A DNA stretch of 62,921 nucleotides, the filler included, from Sphacelaria rigidula (Eukaryota), in the NCBI GenBank assembly GCA_964200075.2. It is 9 parts of 9 records of this genome, joined end to end, with 100 filler letters (N's around TTAATTAATTAA, not from the genome) between each part and the next. Parts side by side here need not be neighbours in the genome. Positions count along the whole stretch, not along the records: positions 56,021 to 62,921 come from CAXNAA020017498.1; 8 more parts are not named here. The stretch is one strand, 5' to 3'. The first letter of the stretch is position 1. Each line of letters opens with the position of its first letter. This document shows positions 61,897-62,921 of the stretch, in pieces. The notes below the pieces were generated by a model. That model was given only the letters and a program-made list of their open reading frames with translations. It ran no database searches and was not told the origin of the DNA. The position numbers and the translations under genes are program-made.

Positions 61897-62921
61897 CCCA
61901 CCCGTCAACGTTACCTTGAAATATGTGTCCTTGGCAGGCTTCATCCTAGCGACGGTCTTGTACACCTCCTGGTGCGGCTTCTTGGGAATTGTTTAAACAT
62001 CCCGTAGCACCGCCGCCCACGATCTCGGGACCGAAGCGTGGCCGCCTCGTGTCTCGAGATCATCCTCCCCACCCCGCAGCTCGCCATCAGAGCCATAGTA
62101 CGGCTCGAGGTCCTTATCCTTCCCGGCCGCACTCTCGGCCTCCTTTTCGTTTGGCTTTCTGACCCGCATCGCCCCCCAGCGGCCCACCCTCCAGCCTTCA
62201 TGTCTTCCACAAAACATCGTGCCAGGCTTCCGTTTCGCCGTGCACCGCTTGCCCTTCCGCAGACCTCTCTCACACACTGCCGTGCAGGAATCATCGCGCG
62301 TGTTTCCCGCTTTCGGAGCCACACCAAGCGAAAAGCGAGGCTGGGAGGGCAGAGGCGGCGGTAGGGGGGACGCCGCCGCCAGCACCTGCAAGTTCAGCCG
62401 GTGTTCATAGGGCTTCAGGTGCGGGAGGGGCAACTCGTCCCGCTCTACGACGTCACGGACAATTTTCGCCACGCCTTCCCGAGCCGAACGATTGAGGAAC
62501 AACACGTTGAAATGGTTATGTCGGGACAATTCTGGTGGACTATCGGGCGATGTTTCGCGAGCGCGGTTCCCGTCAGCTGCAGAACAGTACAAAAGATGTA
62601 CCCAAGCATCCGCCTCATTCAAGTAATACATTCCGTCCTTTGAGCTCTCCACACTGTTGTAAACCTTGACCGCAGCTTTGTCGCCCCGGGGCTCCCACAC
62701 GGCGATATTGATATCCAGAACAGCACTGGCTGCAGCGAGCCACTTTACGTTCAACCACAGACCTTCAGTTTTCGCCGCTTGCTTCAATAGAACCCTGAAC
62801 CACCCGATGGTTTTAGGATCAAACGGGGGGGTGTTGTCTCCAAACCACTCCGTCAAACCGAAGTGCAGGGCCATCTGCCACCCTGCTTTCGTGATGCGAT
62901 GCTGGTCCTCTTTCGCTTCGT
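61897..62921 (-). pseudogene. OTU-like cysteine protease C-terminal half plus C3H zinc finger (5' truncated)
   Basis: GLWLNVKWLAAASAVLDINIAVW..VHLLYC..NHFNVL; CTAVCERGLRKGKRCTAKRKPGTMFCGRH. The frame is open to the window end and continues past a TAA at 61993 to a GG|GTGAGT donor. Confidence 0.6.

Overview
This is eukaryotic, repeat-rich DNA, most likely from a brown alga (Phaeophyceae); that is inferred from a spliced mannuronan C-5 epimerase-like gene. The window is not one locus. It is nine contigs of 6904 down to 6901 bp, sorted by length and joined by artificial 100-nt N-TTAATTAATTAA-N spacers, so adjacency across gaps has no meaning. It contains three decayed Ty3/Gypsy elements, one near-complete and one fragmentary Ty1/Copia, LTR remnants, LINE fragments, two tRNA-derived SINE families, many nested TIR/MITE elements and satellites. 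Five signals stand out. (1) Four intact exons of an alginate epimerase-like protein whose catalytic YGxDPHD motif reads NGLNPQD, a candidate pseudo-enzyme. (2) An intron-containing piggyBac transposase pseudogene with an upstream same-strand OTU-like protease and C3H finger. (3) A family of 38-125 bp insertions with a fixed ...ATGAGTACR end that land in C/G runs with 7-16 bp target duplications. (4) A Gypsy integrase ending in chromo-like and Tudor-like domains. (5) MITEs with RACA(CT) termini and 4-bp TSDs. All domain calls come from motif recognition by eye; no searches were run.
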